From the NCBI GenBank assembly GCA_030390025.1, contig CM059431.1:147748001-147812000 (forward strand): a DNA stretch of 64,000 nt. Direction: 5' to 3'. Every line of letters begins with the position of its first letter. Within the stretch, counting starts at the first letter, position 1. Position numbers and translations under genes: made by a program. Below are positions 1 through 13,099 of this stretch, piece after piece. This DNA comes from Squalus acanthias. Lineage: Eukaryota. Under the pieces are notes generated by a model, which saw nothing but the letters and a program-made list of their open reading frames with translations, did not search any database and was not told where the DNA came from.

Positions 1-33
1 GCCGAACGCGCTAACCGATTGCGCCACAGAGAC
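1..33 (-). tRNA. tRNA-Asn, 5' part (runs off the window edge)
   Basis: Reverse complement GTCTCTGTGGCGCAATCGGTTAGCGCGTTCGGC matches the vertebrate tRNA-Asn(GTT) 5' half; the anticodon lies outside the window. Confidence 0.9.
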
Positions 34-208
34 ATTCAAGTGCTGGGGACTAAAATTCCCTAAACCAGGCTGTCAGTGCGTTAAAGTTTTAGATTGCTGC
101 GACCGGAATAGCAATTGTCCACTCTCAGTTTTATATTTCCAAATTAAAGAATGGGACATTCATTGTGAACACACAGAGACTGTCTGGTCCGCACACTGCA
201 GACACATC

Positions 209-297
209 CATGTCACCGTGAACCAGCTCTCATGCTAACGGTGCGGTCTCCCTACCAGCCTTTCCGTGCCTTGTTTGTTCCGAATTACTCTGATTGT
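209..297. repeat. ~89-bp inverted repeat, left arm
   Basis: Near-identical reverse complement of 1858-1946. Confidence 0.9.
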
Positions 298-589
298 ACC
301 GAAACCAATGTTGCGCTTGATTTCCTGATCTGCAGTAACGAGAATCCTTTAAATGTCTCAGTGCAGTTAATGGCACCGATATCATCAGAGAAGATGTTCC
401 AGCGTCTGAAACCAGGGAGCGGTGTCTTGACCGCCTCTGGTCAATCGGGCGGATCGTCCTTCGTTCTCCTCTGATTCCGTCTCCTGAAGCGAATCTAAAG
501 ATTCACAAAGATGGCGACTGTGTTTGCTTTTTTGTTTTCTTTCGAACTTCACCGCTCCCAAATGGCAATATTTTCCAAACCTCCGCCTT

Positions 590-935
590 GCATCATGTCC
601 AGGGATGAGGGAATTCAGTTATATGGAGAGACTATCGAAGCTGGGATTGTTCTCCTTAGAGCGAAGAAGGTTAAACGGAGATTTAATTGAAGTGTTCAAA
701 ATTATGGGTTGCGCGGGGGTGGCGGGGTATTAGCGCAGAGAGGGTGAAACTGTTTCCACTGACAAGAGGGTCCGTAACAAGAGGACACTAATTTCAGATA
801 ATTGGTAAAGTGGTGTGGGGAGATTGTTCTTTACTCAGCGAGTTGTTACGAAATGGGTGAGAGAGCGTGCTCTGTGTGAGAGGGCGGGGAAAGCAGATTC
901 AATAATAACTTTAAAAAGGGAAGTTAAAATGGAAT
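590..935 (+). mobile_element. CR1 LINE 3' fragment
   Basis: ORF 524..733 contains SYMERLSKLGLFSLERRRLNGDLIEVFKIM, typical of the CR1 ORF2 C-terminus. Confidence 0.8.
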
Positions 936-1857
936 TTGAAAACATGGATGAGAATTTTGATATCGAGGCATTGCTTAACCAGGAGACAATGTAGGTCAGC
1001 GAGTACAGTCGCAATGGGTGAACGGGACTTGATGCGTGTTAGGGCGAAATTCCAAATCCACGCGAACTTCACACAATTGATTAATAATCCGTGGCTGAGT
1101 CACTCGGCCGCCGCGGCCCAACAGAACACTTAAACCAACTGCTTGTGCCCAATATTACTGAAGTTGTAATGTTAAGTGTCAGTGGCACAAAAGCTAAATA
1201 TTCTTCCTCACGCACAAGCCTGCAACCAAAGCATTGATAAAGACCAACTCCACCTTGAATGTGATTCGTTGAATCAAGAGAGATGAACTTGGATTATAAT
1301 TACCATTAATATTTTCATGGCATTTAGAAGACTGTTTGGAGAATGTGGGTGCGGAAACTGAAAAATTGTTGAGTGCCGGTCATTGAAGATTTGTGATCAT
1401 TTTATTCAACAACTGGGTCAGAACTTTCATAACTTTGAATGAAAAAAGTAGGATAATACCAAACAATCCACACAACAGTACAGAAGCAGGTATCCGGTTC
1501 AGACTAGCTTTGACTCAGTTCCAGCACTCGCATCTCCGCGTCAGAAGATCATTGAGTGAAATTGGTCTACGCCAGCAGCGAACCGGCGGTCAACATTTGA
1601 ACAGTTGAAGCCAGGAACCACTGTACAAGTAGCTCAAGTAGATTAAGTTTGCAGGAGGGAATATCTGTGCTGTATTACACAGTATTACACAGTATTTACA
1701 GCAGGGAAACAGGCCATTCAGCCCAACAGGTCATGCCCGTGTTTTTAGTCTCCTCCTGAGCCGCCTCCCACCCTACTTCATCTAACTCCATCAACCTATC
1801 CAGCAGGTTAGACAACATCTGTGGAGAGAGAAACAGAGTTAACGTTTCAGCTCGATG

Positions 1858-1946
1858 ACAATCAGAATACTTCGGAACAAACAAGGCACGGAAAGGCTGG
1901 AAGGGAGACCGCACCGGTTGCAGGAGAGCTGGTTCGCGGTGACATG
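1858..1946. repeat. ~89-bp inverted repeat, right arm
   Basis: Reverse complement of 209-297. Confidence 0.9.
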
Positions 1947-2075
1947 ACTTTATGTAAAAGGTTACTGATGTAAGTCTGAAAACCAGCACCCGGGGATTGT
2001 CGATTCCCTAGTGATGAATTTGCAGAGAGAGGAATTGAGCATCTCGCTGAACAGTGTGTGTGCGGTGAAGCGCTG

Positions 2076-2142
2076 ATTTCCGGACCGGAGAGGTTATCAC
2101 CTTCGCCTCACAAGCGGAATGTCCCGGGCCCGGGCGGGAACA
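2076..2142 (+). pseudogene. degenerate tRNA-Val(CAC) pseudogene
   Basis: tttccg...ggttatcaccttcgcctcaca...gggcgggaaca resembles tRNA-Val(CAC); the T-loop is deleted. Confidence 0.7.
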
Positions 2143-2441
2143 TTGTGTCAGAGAATATTATTTTCTGAGAAATTACCGGTCCTGTTAAGTTTAACAAAAG
2201 TTGCCCCAGATTCCTGATGTCAGAAGCAATGAACATTTTAAACCAGACTCCTGTGTGTGAAATGAGATGAGGGTCACAGTTCATCACAGAAAAAATATTG
2301 AAGTATCGACTCTTGGTTAGTCATCATTTCTTTAATTCTGCAAAACAAGGTCATCAGTTCATCAATGGGGATTAAAACAATTGTTTTTTTTTTCTCTCAC
2401 AACAGATACATGCAGATAATTGAATTAAAAGCTGCGCTTTA

Positions 2442-2513
2442 GCCTCTGACTGGGACTCGAACACAAGCCGTAATAATAAAAACGCCGAACTCTAACTACA
2501 AGATCACCAAGGA
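2442..2513 (-). pseudogene. degenerate tRNA-Glu pseudogene
   Basis: Reverse complement tccttggtgatcttgtagttagagttcggcg...gtgttcgagtcccagtcagagg aligns to tRNA-Glu; the anticodon arm is decayed. Confidence 0.65.
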
Positions 2514-2994
2514 AAACTAAATTATATGCTTGCGATGATTTTAAATATAACTGAGTTTAGCTATTTTGGATGCAAAGTTATGTTGACTTGTTTTACATGT
2601 AAATGCATTTCATGACGCTGCTTTTTACAAATGTTTTCCCATATACCTGTAATAATTATTCCTTTATTGGGGGACATCTGTCTTCATTCCAAATGTATTT
2701 TGTATATATTTATTTCTCAATATGGTACTTTTAAATTACACACAAATATATGTATACATAACACATGCACACACACACAAACAATGATAACTAACACAAA
2801 GATACACACAAATATATTTAAAACTAGCACACAGATACACCCAAGTACATTTAGAATTATCCCAGCTGCAATTATATAAATTGATATTTTTATAAAGGAT
2901 TTATCATTTTATAAAAATAAAATTTAAACTGACCCACATATAACGCATCGCACTCATCAAATAAACACTAACTTTCAACATAAATATCACACAC

Positions 2995-3400
2995 AGACAG
3001 GAGGCTTGTTAGGAAGATGGAAGCCCATAGAATTAAGGAAAAACTGATGGTATGGATACAGAATTGGCTCAGTGACAGGAAGTAAAGGCTGGTGATGGAT
3101 GGGTGTTTTTCAGAAGGGGAGGTGGTTTGCAGTGATGTTCCCCAAGGGTCTGTTTTGGGTCCGTTACTCTTTGCAACTTTTATAAACGAACTTGACTCGA
3201 GCAGCATTATAAGGTTTGCAAATTTCACGAAACGTGGCACCTTAATAGATAATGATGAGGATAGTTGCCGACTTCAGGATGACACAGACAGGAGGGTGAA
3301 ATGGGCAGAAGCATGGCAGATGGAGGTCAATCCCGAGAAGTGTGAAGTGATGCACTTTGGGAGGACTAATATGGAAATACAGCGCGGCTGCTCTTTCTAA
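2995..3400 (+). mobile_element. CR1 LINE RT fragment
   Basis: VPQGSVLGPLLF and W-QMEVNPEKCEVMHFGR motifs. Confidence 0.85.
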
Positions 3401-3609
3401 GCCAGCACAGCCACGACGGGCCGAATGACCTCCTGCTGTGCTGTGAGTTTCTATGATTCTATATACACACCCACTGCTTATATTTTCACACGGCCTTGTT
3501 TGTAGTTCTAACTATTGTCTACACGCCGAAAGTTTAATTGTTTTTCGGAAGCTGCTCTACCTGTGGTGTATTTTGAGCAGTTTACTGCTTTATTTTTGCG
3601 CGCTCCTGT

Positions 3610-3681
3610 GGCCTGGTGGCGCAACGGTAGCGGGTCTGACTCCAGATCAGAAGGCTGCATGTTCAAATCACGTCGCGGTCA
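3610..3681 (+). tRNA. tRNA-Trp(CCA) variant, probable pseudogene
   Basis: 72 nt, ggcctggtggcgcaacggtagcgggtctgactCCAgatcagaagg...gttcaaatcacgtcgcggtca; mismatches in the acceptor and D stems. Confidence 0.85.
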
Positions 3682-4043
3682 GAGCTCTTTTGAGCGTTGA
3701 TTGGAGTCTGGATAATTCCGTAACAATATTTTCTTTGCTTTTTCACAATAAACAGAACCTTGCTGTAAAGTCTGTCTCACTAGTTCCCCAGTGTCAGGGA
3801 GAGAAGCGCCAGATGCCCTCATTTATTTACTGTAACAAAGTGACACCTCCGTTTTCACATCCGAGGCCGCTGTTAAAGGGCGTGTCCTTTGTGGGAGGGA
3901 GTCTGTTCCTGAAGTGAAGCCGGTGGGGGCAGTCAATCTGCGTTTGTGAGAGAAATGCACAGTACAGGCGGGATTACTGGACAAGCAAATGCAATTGGTT
4001 GAGTGAGCCAATGAAAGTCGTTGTATAGCCCACCGGCGGCCGA

Positions 4044-4116
4044 TCCCGGATAGCTCAGTTGGCAGAGTATCAGACTTTTAATCTGAAGGTCCAAGGTTCA
4101 AGTCCCTTTTCGGGCT
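4044..4116 (+). tRNA. tRNA-Lys(TTT) variant, probable pseudogene
   Basis: cccggatagctcag...tcagactTTTaatctga...gttcaagtccc...cgggc followed by a T-run; several stem mismatches. Confidence 0.85.
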
Positions 4117-4186
4117 TTTTAGTAAATCGCGATTCTCATCTCCACTTTCGTGCAGCACCTTGAAACACGATCATTTCACACTCATT

Positions 4187-4717
4187 ATTGGAACAGGAGT
4201 GAGCCATTTACCCCCTCGAGCCTGTTCCGACATTTAATTAGATCATGTGTGATCTGTGACCCAGCTCCGTTTATATCCCTTTTCCCGATATCCCGGAGGT
4301 TAACAAAAATCGATCAATCTCATGTTTAAAATTAACAATTGCCTCAGCATTAACTGCAGATTGCGGAAGTGAGTTACACATTTCTACCACCCATTGCATA
4401 TAGAAGTGTTTCCTAACTTCACTCCTGAAAGGTCTGGCTCTATTTTTTTAGACTCTGCCCCCCTGTCCTGGACTCGCCAACCATCGGAAATAGTTTCTCT
4501 CTTTCTACCCTATCAGTTCGCTATAATATGTTGAATACGTCAATCAAATCACCCCTTAAGTTTTTAAATTCCAGGGAATACAACCCTAGTTTGAGTAATC
4601 TCTCCTCGCAATTTAACCCTTGGAGTCTATGTATCCTTCCGTTAAATCTAGGCTGCTCTCCCTCCGAGGCTAATAAACCCTTCCTAAGGTGTGGTGACTA
4701 GAACTGAACAAATTCAA
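4187..4717 (-). mobile_element. CR1 3' fragment
   Basis: Reverse-strand CR1 3' end; paralogous to 9130-9617. Confidence 0.7.
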
Positions 4718-7040
4718 CCTGATCCTTCGCCTCATCCGGCGCTTAAACAAAACGTTTCAGCAGCACCGATTCACTCCATCTCAAAGCTGTCCTGGCCCGC
4801 AGTTCTATTTCATCCTTCGCCTCATCTGGCGTTTTAATAAAAAACTTGTTTTCTTCCTTTCAGGTGTCAAGGATGGTAAGTTTCAACAACTCTAGGACAC
4901 CAACACCCCTCCGGAACCTTTTTCCCCTTCAGGTTCCTCTGACCCCATCACTTCTACCAATCTCACCCGCTGCCGTGTTCTCACTATCCCCTCTGACCTT
5001 CCCCTCTCTGACCCCGAACGATCAGTCCTCAGCAAAGGTCTGAGCTTCATCCCCTTACGCCCCCATCGTAATGAATTTCGAGCTCGGCACGATGCTGAGC
5101 TATTTTTCTGCCGCCTTCAGCTCCGTGCCCACTTCTTTGGCTAGGAGTCTTCCCCCCGCACAGCTGACCCTTTCTCCCGTTTTCAGAATTCTCGTTCTGC
5201 CTGCACCCGTTCCTCTGGCCTCTTAACCTCTCTAGATCTTTTCATTGCTACCGGCATTGTCCGTCTCAATTTCTCTGCTCCCCTCACTCACTCCAACCTA
5301 CCTCCCACTGAACTTGCAGCACTCCATTATCTCAGATCCAAACCCAACATTGTCATTAAACCTGTTGACAAGGGTGGTGCTGTTATTGTTTGCCGAACCG
5401 ACCTCTAGCTAACGGATGTTGAACGCCAACTCTCTGATACCTCATCCTACCTCCGCCTGGACCATGACCGCACTACCGAACATCAAGCCACCGTTTCCAA
5501 CCGTCACTGGCCTCATCTCCTCTGGAAAGCTTCCCTCCACGGCCGCCAACCTCATAGTTCCGCAACCACGCACAGCCCGCTTCTACTTCCCTACTTCCCA
5601 TGATTCACAAAAAGGCCTGCCCTGGTAGACCCATCGTTTCAGCCTGTTCTTGCCCCACGGAACAGAGCTCTTCCTATCTCGACTCAATTTTTTCTCCCCT
5701 TGTCCAGCCTCTTCTCTCTTGCATCCGCGAATCTTCCAACGCTCTCCGCCACTTCAACAGCTTCCAGTTTCCTTTCCCCAACCGCCTCCTTTTCACTATG
5801 AACGTCCAGTCCCTCTACACCTCCATCCCCCACAAGGAGAGCCTGAAGGCGCACCGCTTCCTCCTTGAACAGAAGCCCAACCAGTCTCCAACAACCACCA
5901 CCCTCCTGCCCCTGGCTGAACTTGTTCTAACATTGAACAACTTCTGCTTTGACTCCAATCACTTCCTCCAGCTTAAAGGTGTTGCTATGTGAACCCGCAT
6001 GGGCCCAAGTTGTGCCTGTCTTTTCGTGGGATATGTGGAACATTCTTTGTTCTAGTCCTATTCAGGACGCTCCCTCACCTCTTTTTGTTGGCACATTGAT
6101 GGCTGTATCGGTGCTGTTTCCTGCTCTCGCCCTGAACTACAACATTTCATTCACTTTGCTTCCAATTTCCACTCATCCCTCACCTTCACATGATCCATCT
6201 CCGAATCTTTCCTTCCCTTCCTCGACTTCTCTGACTCCATCTCTGGGGATAGGTTATTGATAATCATTCATTACAAGCACACTGACTCCCACAGCTACCT
6301 GGACTACACTTCCTCCCACCCCACTTCCTTTAAGGATTCTATTCCATTATCCCAGTTTCTCCATCTCCGCCGCATCTGCTCTGACGATGCCACCTTACAT
6401 ACTAGTGATTCCGACATGTCTTCCTTTTTCCTTAACCTAGGATTCCCCTCTACTGTGGTTGACACGGCGCTTGACCATGTCCATTCTATTTCCCGCAGTT
6501 CTGCTCTCACCCCTGCCCGTCCCTCCCCGAACCACGATAGGGTTCCCCTTGGCCTCATCTTTCACACCAGCAGCCTCCGCATTCAACGGATCATCCTCCG
6601 GCATTTCCAGCACCTCCAGCGTGATCCCACATCCAAACACAGCTTCCCCTCAACTCCCCTTTCATCAGTCCGAAGGGACGGCTCCCTTCGCGACACCCTG
6701 GTCGACTCCTCTAACACCCCCAACCACCATTTCCCTTCGCCCGACACCTTCCCGTGCAAGTGCAGGAGTTGCAACACATGCCATTTTAACTCCACCCTTC
6801 CCACTGTCCAGGGCCCCAAACACTCCTTGCAGGTGAAACAACGATTTACTTGTACTTCTTGCAATTTAGTATACTGTATTCGCTGCTGACGATGCGGTCT
6901 CCTCTACATTGGGGAGACCAAACACAGATTGTGTGATCGCTTTGCAGCACACCTCCGTTCAGTCTGTAAGGTTGACCCCGAGCTTCCGGTCGTCTATCAC
7001 TTTATTTCTCCGCTCCCCTCCCACTGAGACCTTACCGTCC
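4718..7040 (+). mobile_element. Penelope-like retroelement, degraded (RT + GIY-YIG)
   Basis: Frameshifted fragments PGRPIVS, DVQSLYTSIPH-like, KGVAM, YKxTDSHSYLDY, LVYCIRC; homologous to the 36689..38698 ORF. Confidence 0.92.
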
Positions 7041-8590
7041 TCTCTCTCTTCTCCTCTTAGGCAGTCCCTCGGAACCGAGGATGACTTGCTTCCACATTAT
7101 AAATGAGTTCGCAGGTGACTGATTAGTCCAATGCGGGACCTACAGTCTCTGTCACAGGTCGGGCAGACGGTGGTTGAAGGGGCAGTTGGGTGGGTTGCTT
7201 GGGTTGACGTGGACTCCTTGCGCTGTCTGTGCTTGGCTTCCGCTTGCTCCCGGCGAAGAGACTCGAGGTGTTTGGTGCCTTCCCAGATGCTTCATCTCCA
7301 CTTTGTGCGGTCTTGGGCCAGGGATTCCTAGGTGTCGGTGGGGATGTTACACTTTTTCAAGGAGGCTTTGAGGGTGACCTTGAAGCGTTTCCTCTGCCCA
7401 CCTGGGGCTCTCTTGCCGTGTTGGAGCTCCGAGTAGAGCGCTTGTTTTGTGAGTCTCGTATCGGGCATGTGGACAATGTGACACGTCCATCGGAGCTGAT
7501 CAACCGTGTTCAAATCTTCGATGCTGGGCATGTTGGCCTGAGCCAGAACACTGACGTTGGTGTGCCTATCCTGCCAATGGATTTGCAGCATCTTGCGGAG
7601 GCAGCGTTGGTGGTACCTCTCTAGTGCTTTGAGGTGCCTGCTGTACATGGTCCATGTTTCTGAGGCATACAGCAGGGCGGGAATCACTACTGCTCTGTAG
7701 ACCATGAGCCTAATGCCGGTTTTGAGGTTCTGGTCTTCAAACACTCTGTTCCTCAGGCGACTGAATGCTGCGCTGGCACACTTAAGGCGGTGTTGGACTT
7801 CGTCGTCGTCGTTTGCCCTTGTTCACAGTAGGCTCCCGAGGTATGGAAAATAGTCCACGTTGTTCAAGGCCTTGTCGTGGATTTTGATAATCGGGGGGCA
7901 GTACTATGTAATGGGGTACAGGTTGTTAGGGGACCTTTGTCTTACGGATGTTTAGTGGAAGGCCCATGCTCTCGTACGCTTCGGTGAAGGTAATGATGAT
8001 GGTTTGGAGTTCGACCTCTGAGTGAGCGCAGACGCAAGCGTCGGCTGCATACTGTAATTCGACGACAGAGGATTGGACAAACTTATATCTGGACTGGAGG
8101 CGACGGAGGTTGAACAGTTTCCCGTTTGTTCTGTAAATTAGTTCCACTCCAGCGGGGAGCTAACTGAGGGTGTGATCGAGCATTGCAGCAAGGAAGATCG
8201 AGAAGAGCGTTGGTGCGATGACACAGCCTTGCTTAACCCCGGTTCGTACCTGAATTGGGTCTGTGGTGGAACCGGTGGTCAGGATCACGGCTTGCTTGTC
8301 GTCGTGCAGCAGGTGGAGGATGGTGACAAACTTTTGAGTGCAGCCAAATTTGAGGAGGACACTCCTTAATCCCTCATGGTTGACAGTGTTGAAGGCCTTT
8401 GTGAGATCAAAGAAGGCCATGTACAGCGGTTGGTGCTGTTCCCTGGCTTTCTCTTGTAATTGACGTGCGGTGAAGATCATGTCCATTGTGCCCCTTAGTG
8501 AGCGGAATCCTCATTGCGGCTCTGGGAGGAGCTCTTCGGCCACTGGGAGAAGGCGATTGAGGAGGATTCTTGTGATGCAGACAGCATGGG
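7041..8590 (-). mobile_element. RTE-clade LINE, 5'-truncated and degraded
   Basis: DMIFTARQLQEK, FFDLTKAF, GVKQGCVIAPTLF, LQYAxD and RLTKQALYSEL motifs. Confidence 0.9.
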
Positions 8591-8684
8591 AGACGGGATT
8601 ACTGGAGAAGCAATTGCAATTATTGGAGTGTATAATGCTGTCCATAAACCAGTGAAAGTCATTGTATTGGTCGTCAAAAGCAGA

Positions 8685-9062
8685 GCCCGGATAGGTCAGT
8701 CGGCAGAGCATCAGACTTTTAATCTTTGGGCAACATGGTGGCATAGTGGTTAGCACTGTTGCCTCACAGCGCCAGGGACCCAGATTCGAATCCGGCCTCG
8801 GGTGACTGTCTGTGTGGAGTTTGCACATTCTCCCCGTGTCTGCGTGGGTTTTCTCCGGGTGCTCCGGTTTCCTCCCACAGTCCAAAGATTTGCGGGTTAG
8901 GTTGATTTGGCTATGATAAATTGACCCTTAATGTTAGGGGGATTAAATACGTTGGGTTCCGGGGATAGGGTGGGATATGTGTCGGTGCAGGCTCGATGGG
9001 CCGAAATGGCCTCTATCTGCACTGTGGGGATTCTGTCCAGGGTTCAAGTCCCTGTTTGGGCT
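8685..9062 (+). pseudogene. tRNA-Lys(TTT) split by a SINE insertion (5' half 8685-8725, 3' half 9035-9062)
   Basis: gcccggata...agacttttaatct | SINE | gtccagggttcaagtccctgtttgggc + T-run. Confidence 0.9.
8726..9034 (+). mobile_element. tRNA-derived V-SINE (HE1-like)
   Basis: tRNA-like head (gtggcatagtggttagcac...ttcgaatcc), V-domain core gtctgtgtggagtttgcacattctccccgtgtctgcgtggg...tccggtttcctcccacagtccaaaga, CR1-like tail gggccgaaatggcct. Confidence 0.88.
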
Positions 9063-9129
9063 TTTTTTAATCGCGATTCTCATCTCCACTTCCTTGCAGC
9101 ACCTTGAAACACGATAATTTCACACACAT

Positions 9130-9617
9130 TATAGGAACAGGAGTGAGCCATTTACCCCCTCGAGCCTGTTCTGACAGTTAATTAGATCATGTGTGATCTG
9201 TGACCCAACTCCGTTGATATCCCTTTTCCTGATATCCCGGAGGTTAACAAAAAACGATCAATCTCAGGTTTACAATTAACAATTAACTCAGCATCAACAC
9301 ATGATTGCGGAAGTGAGTTAAAAATTTCTACCACCCATTGCATGTAGAAGTGTTTCCTAACTTCACTCCTGAAAGGTCTGGCTCTATTAATTAGTCTCTG
9401 CCCCTCGTCCTAGACTTCGCTTTAATATCTTGAATACTTCAATCAGATAACCCCTTAAGCTTTTAAGTTTCAGGTAATACACACCTAGTTTGAGTAATCT
9501 CTCCTCGCAATTTAACCCTTGGAGTCTATGTATCATCCCGGTAAATCTAGGCTGCCCTCCCTCCTAGGCTAATAAACCCTTCCTAAGTTGTGGTGACCAG
9601 AACTGAACACATTCAAA
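9130..9617 (-). mobile_element. CR1 3' fragment (duplicate of 4187-4717)
   Basis: Direct sequence similarity to 4187-4717. Confidence 0.7.
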
Positions 9618-12438
9618 CTCATCCTTCGCCTCATCTGGCGCTTTAACAAAACTCTTCAGCAGCACCGACTCACTCTATCTCAAAGCTGTCCTGGTCCGCA
9701 GCTCCATGTTCATCCTTCGCCTCATCCAGCGCTTTTACAGAAAACGTATTTTTTTTCCTTTCAGGTGTCAAGGATCGCAAGTTTCAACAACTCTTGGACA
9801 GCAACATCCCTCCGGAACCTTCTTCCCCTTCAAGTTCCTCTGACACCATCCCTTCCTCCAATCTCACCCCCTGCCATGCTTTCGGTATCGCCTCTGACCA
9901 TCCCCACTCCGACCCCGAACGATCAGTTCTTAGCAAAGGCCTGAGCTAAATCCCCTTACGCCCCCATCTCAATGAATTTCCAGCTCGGCACGATGCTGAG
10001 CTCTTTTACTGCCGCCTTCATCTCTGTGCCCAGTTCTTTGGCCAGGGGTCTTTCACCCGCACAGCTGACGCTTTCTCCCGTTTTCAGAATTCTCGTTCTA
10101 CCTGGACCCCTGCCTCTGGCCTCTTTCCCTCTCTAGAGTTTCTCATTGCAAACTGCCGGCGTGACATTGGCCTTCTCAATTTCTGTGTTCCCCTCACTCA
10201 CTCCAACGTACCTCCCTCTGAACTTGAAGCACCCCATTCTTTCAGATCCAACCCCAACATTGTCATTGACCCTTCTGACAAGGATGGCGCTGTTATTGAT
10301 TGACGAACCGACCTCTACCTAGCGGAGGCTGAACGCCAACTCTCCGACATCTCCTCCTACCTCCGCCTGGAGCATGACCCCACTACCGAACATCAAACCA
10401 ACGTTTCCAAGCCCGTCACTGACTTCATCTCCTCTGGAAAACTTCCCTCCACGGCCGCCAACTTCATAGTTCCCCAACCCCACACAGCCCGCTTCTACCT
10501 TCTTCCCAAGATCCACAAACAGGACTGTTCTGGTAGACCCATGGTTTCAGCCTGTTCTTGCCCCACGGAACTTATCTCTTTCTATCTCGACTCAATGTTT
10601 TCTCCCCTTGTCCAGTCTCTTCACACCTACATCCGTGAATCTTCCAACGCTCTCCGCCACTTTAACAGTTTTCAGTTTCCTGGCATCAACTTCTCCTTTT
10701 CACTATGGACGCCCAATTCCTCTAAACCTCCATCCCCCACCAGGATAGCCTGAGGGTGCTCCGCTTCTTCCTGGAACAAAGGCCCAAACAGTCCCCAGCC
10801 ACCACCATCTTCCTCCAGCTGTCTGAGCTTGTTCTCACATTGAACAACTTCTCCTTTGACTCCATTCACTTACTCCAAATTAAAAGTGTTGCTATGGGAA
10901 GCCGCATGGATCCCAGCTATGCCTGCCTTTTCGTGGGATAGGTGGAACATTCTTTGTTCCAGTCCTACTCAGGTCCCCTCCCTTACATCTTCTTCAGGTA
11001 CATTGATGGCTGTATCGGTGCTGATTCCAGCTCCCGCCCTGAACTAGAAAATTTCATTCACTTTGCTGACGTTTTCCACCCTTCCCTCATCTTCACATCT
11101 CCATCTCTGACTCTTCCCTTCCCTTCCTCGACTTCCCTGACTCCATCTCTGGGGATAGGCTATTGACAAACATTCACTACTAGCCCACTGACTACCACAG
11201 CTACAGGGACTACAATTCCTACCACCCCGATACCTGTAAGGACTCTATTCCATTCTCCCAGTTTCACCATCTCCGCTGCATCTGCTCTGAAGATGACACC
11301 TTCCATGCTATTGCTTCCGATAGGTCATCCTTTTTCCTTAACCGAGGATTCCCCTCTACTGTGGTTGTCATGGTCCTTGACCGAGTCCACTCTATTTCCC
11401 GCACTTCTGCTCTCACCCCTTCCCCTCCCTCCTGGAACCACGATAGGGTTCCCCTTTTCCTCATCTTTCACCCCACCAGCCTCCACATTCAACGGCTCAT
11501 CCGTACCATTTCCACCACCTCCAGCGTGATCCCACCATCGAACACATCTGCCCCTCACCTTCCCTTTCAGCAGTCCCAAGGGACCACTCCCTTCACTCCT
11601 CAATCACCCCAAACACCCATTTCCCTTCGCCCGGCACCTACCCGTGCAAGCACAGGAGATGCAACACATGCGCTTTTACCTCCTCCCTTCCCACTGTCCA
11701 GGGCCCCAAACACTCCTTCCAGGTAAAACAGCGATTTACTTTTCCTTCTTGCAATTTAGCATACTGTATTCGCTACTCACGATGCGGTCTCCTCTACATT
11801 GGGGAGACCAAACGCAGATTGGTTGAACGCTTTGCGGAACACTTCCATTCAGACTGTAAGGTTGACCCCGAGCTTCCGGTCGCCTGTCACTTAATTCTCC
11901 GCTCCACTGCAAGTCTGACCTCTCCGTCCTCGGCCTCTTACACTGTTCCAATGAAGCTCAACGTAAGCTCGAGGAATAGCACCTCATCTTTTGATTAAGC
12001 ACTTTACAGCCTTCTGGACTCAACGTAGAGATCAACAATTTCAGACCATAACCTCTGCCCCTATCCTTTTTTTTCCATTTTTTTTTCTCGCTCCCACATG
12101 GCAGCTGTCTTTCAGTCAGCCAGTGCCATTTGCACTTCATCTAGAGCCATCTTTTGTTTCTTAACTTGTCGCATTACCATCTGTTTTTGCCTTGCACCAA
12201 CTCTTAATCTCTCTTAATTACTCTAATTTTTTCCTGCCATCCATCATATCACAAACCTTCCCTTTTTTCTATCCTCCCCTCCTCCCTTTCCCTGCCCTTA
12301 CACTTGCTTAATATCTGTTACATCTCCAGCTTTTTCCAGTTCTGACGATTTGTCATCGACCTGAAACGTTAAATCTGTTACTGTCTCCACAGATACTGCC
12401 TGACCTGCTGAGTATTTCCTGCATTTTCTCTTTTTATT
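9618..12438 (+). mobile_element. Penelope-like retroelement, degraded, with 3' end
   Basis: Same RT/GIY-YIG fragments as 4718-7040, plus a 3' tail with a decayed hammerhead motif at 12338-12374. Confidence 0.92.
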
Positions 12439-13099
12439 ACAGGTTTCCACCCCTGGTTATGATCCATCAGTGATGTGTTACTTTGGGCGGAGCTGGAGTT
12501 GGCAGCTGATATTGTAAGTGAGTTCCGTCCCTTTCAACAGGGGCAAGGAAAGAAAAGAAAAATCTAATATTAAATAAGCAATTCAATCAACTATCATTAA
12601 TGGTAAATATATTCAAATTAATTGTATTGATAGTCGCAAAATTAGTCCCATTGTTTTTGAGTAACAGATTCCAGAATTAACGAATGATTTTGGTATTAAA
12701 AGGTTCTCGGAGTGAACATTATCTCAGGAAGATGGAGAGAACAATGCTGAATCAGCAACACACTAACTGCGACTCGAGAAAGTTCGCTGGTTTCACAGAG
12801 CATGTCTGATGGGACCAACACTCTCATTGAACAAGACGGGATTAATCAGGAAGCATTCTGAATTATTGGAAAGGCGAGGAGCTCCACTGAGTATCCCATC
12901 ATTACAGGATTTTTTCATGGTGAGAGTCTAACACGCTGTTGGGTGCCGTTTAATTTCTTGCAAAAGGCTCGGCTTTTGATGCGGCAATTTGACTGGGGAT
13001 TCACTGGGATGCAAAGCTCGCCCATACCTCACCTGGGTGTGCGTGATGGTTACATGTACATGGACTTCTGTCCTGTATTCATACCGTGCTTTACGTGAG

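Noticed and set aside
8511..8885. 124-aa ORF (RKPEHPEKTHADTGRMCKLHTDS)
   Set aside because: Antisense translation of the V-SINE.
12338..12374. Functional hammerhead in Penelope copy 2
   Set aside because: Core boxes are present but stems I and II are disrupted.
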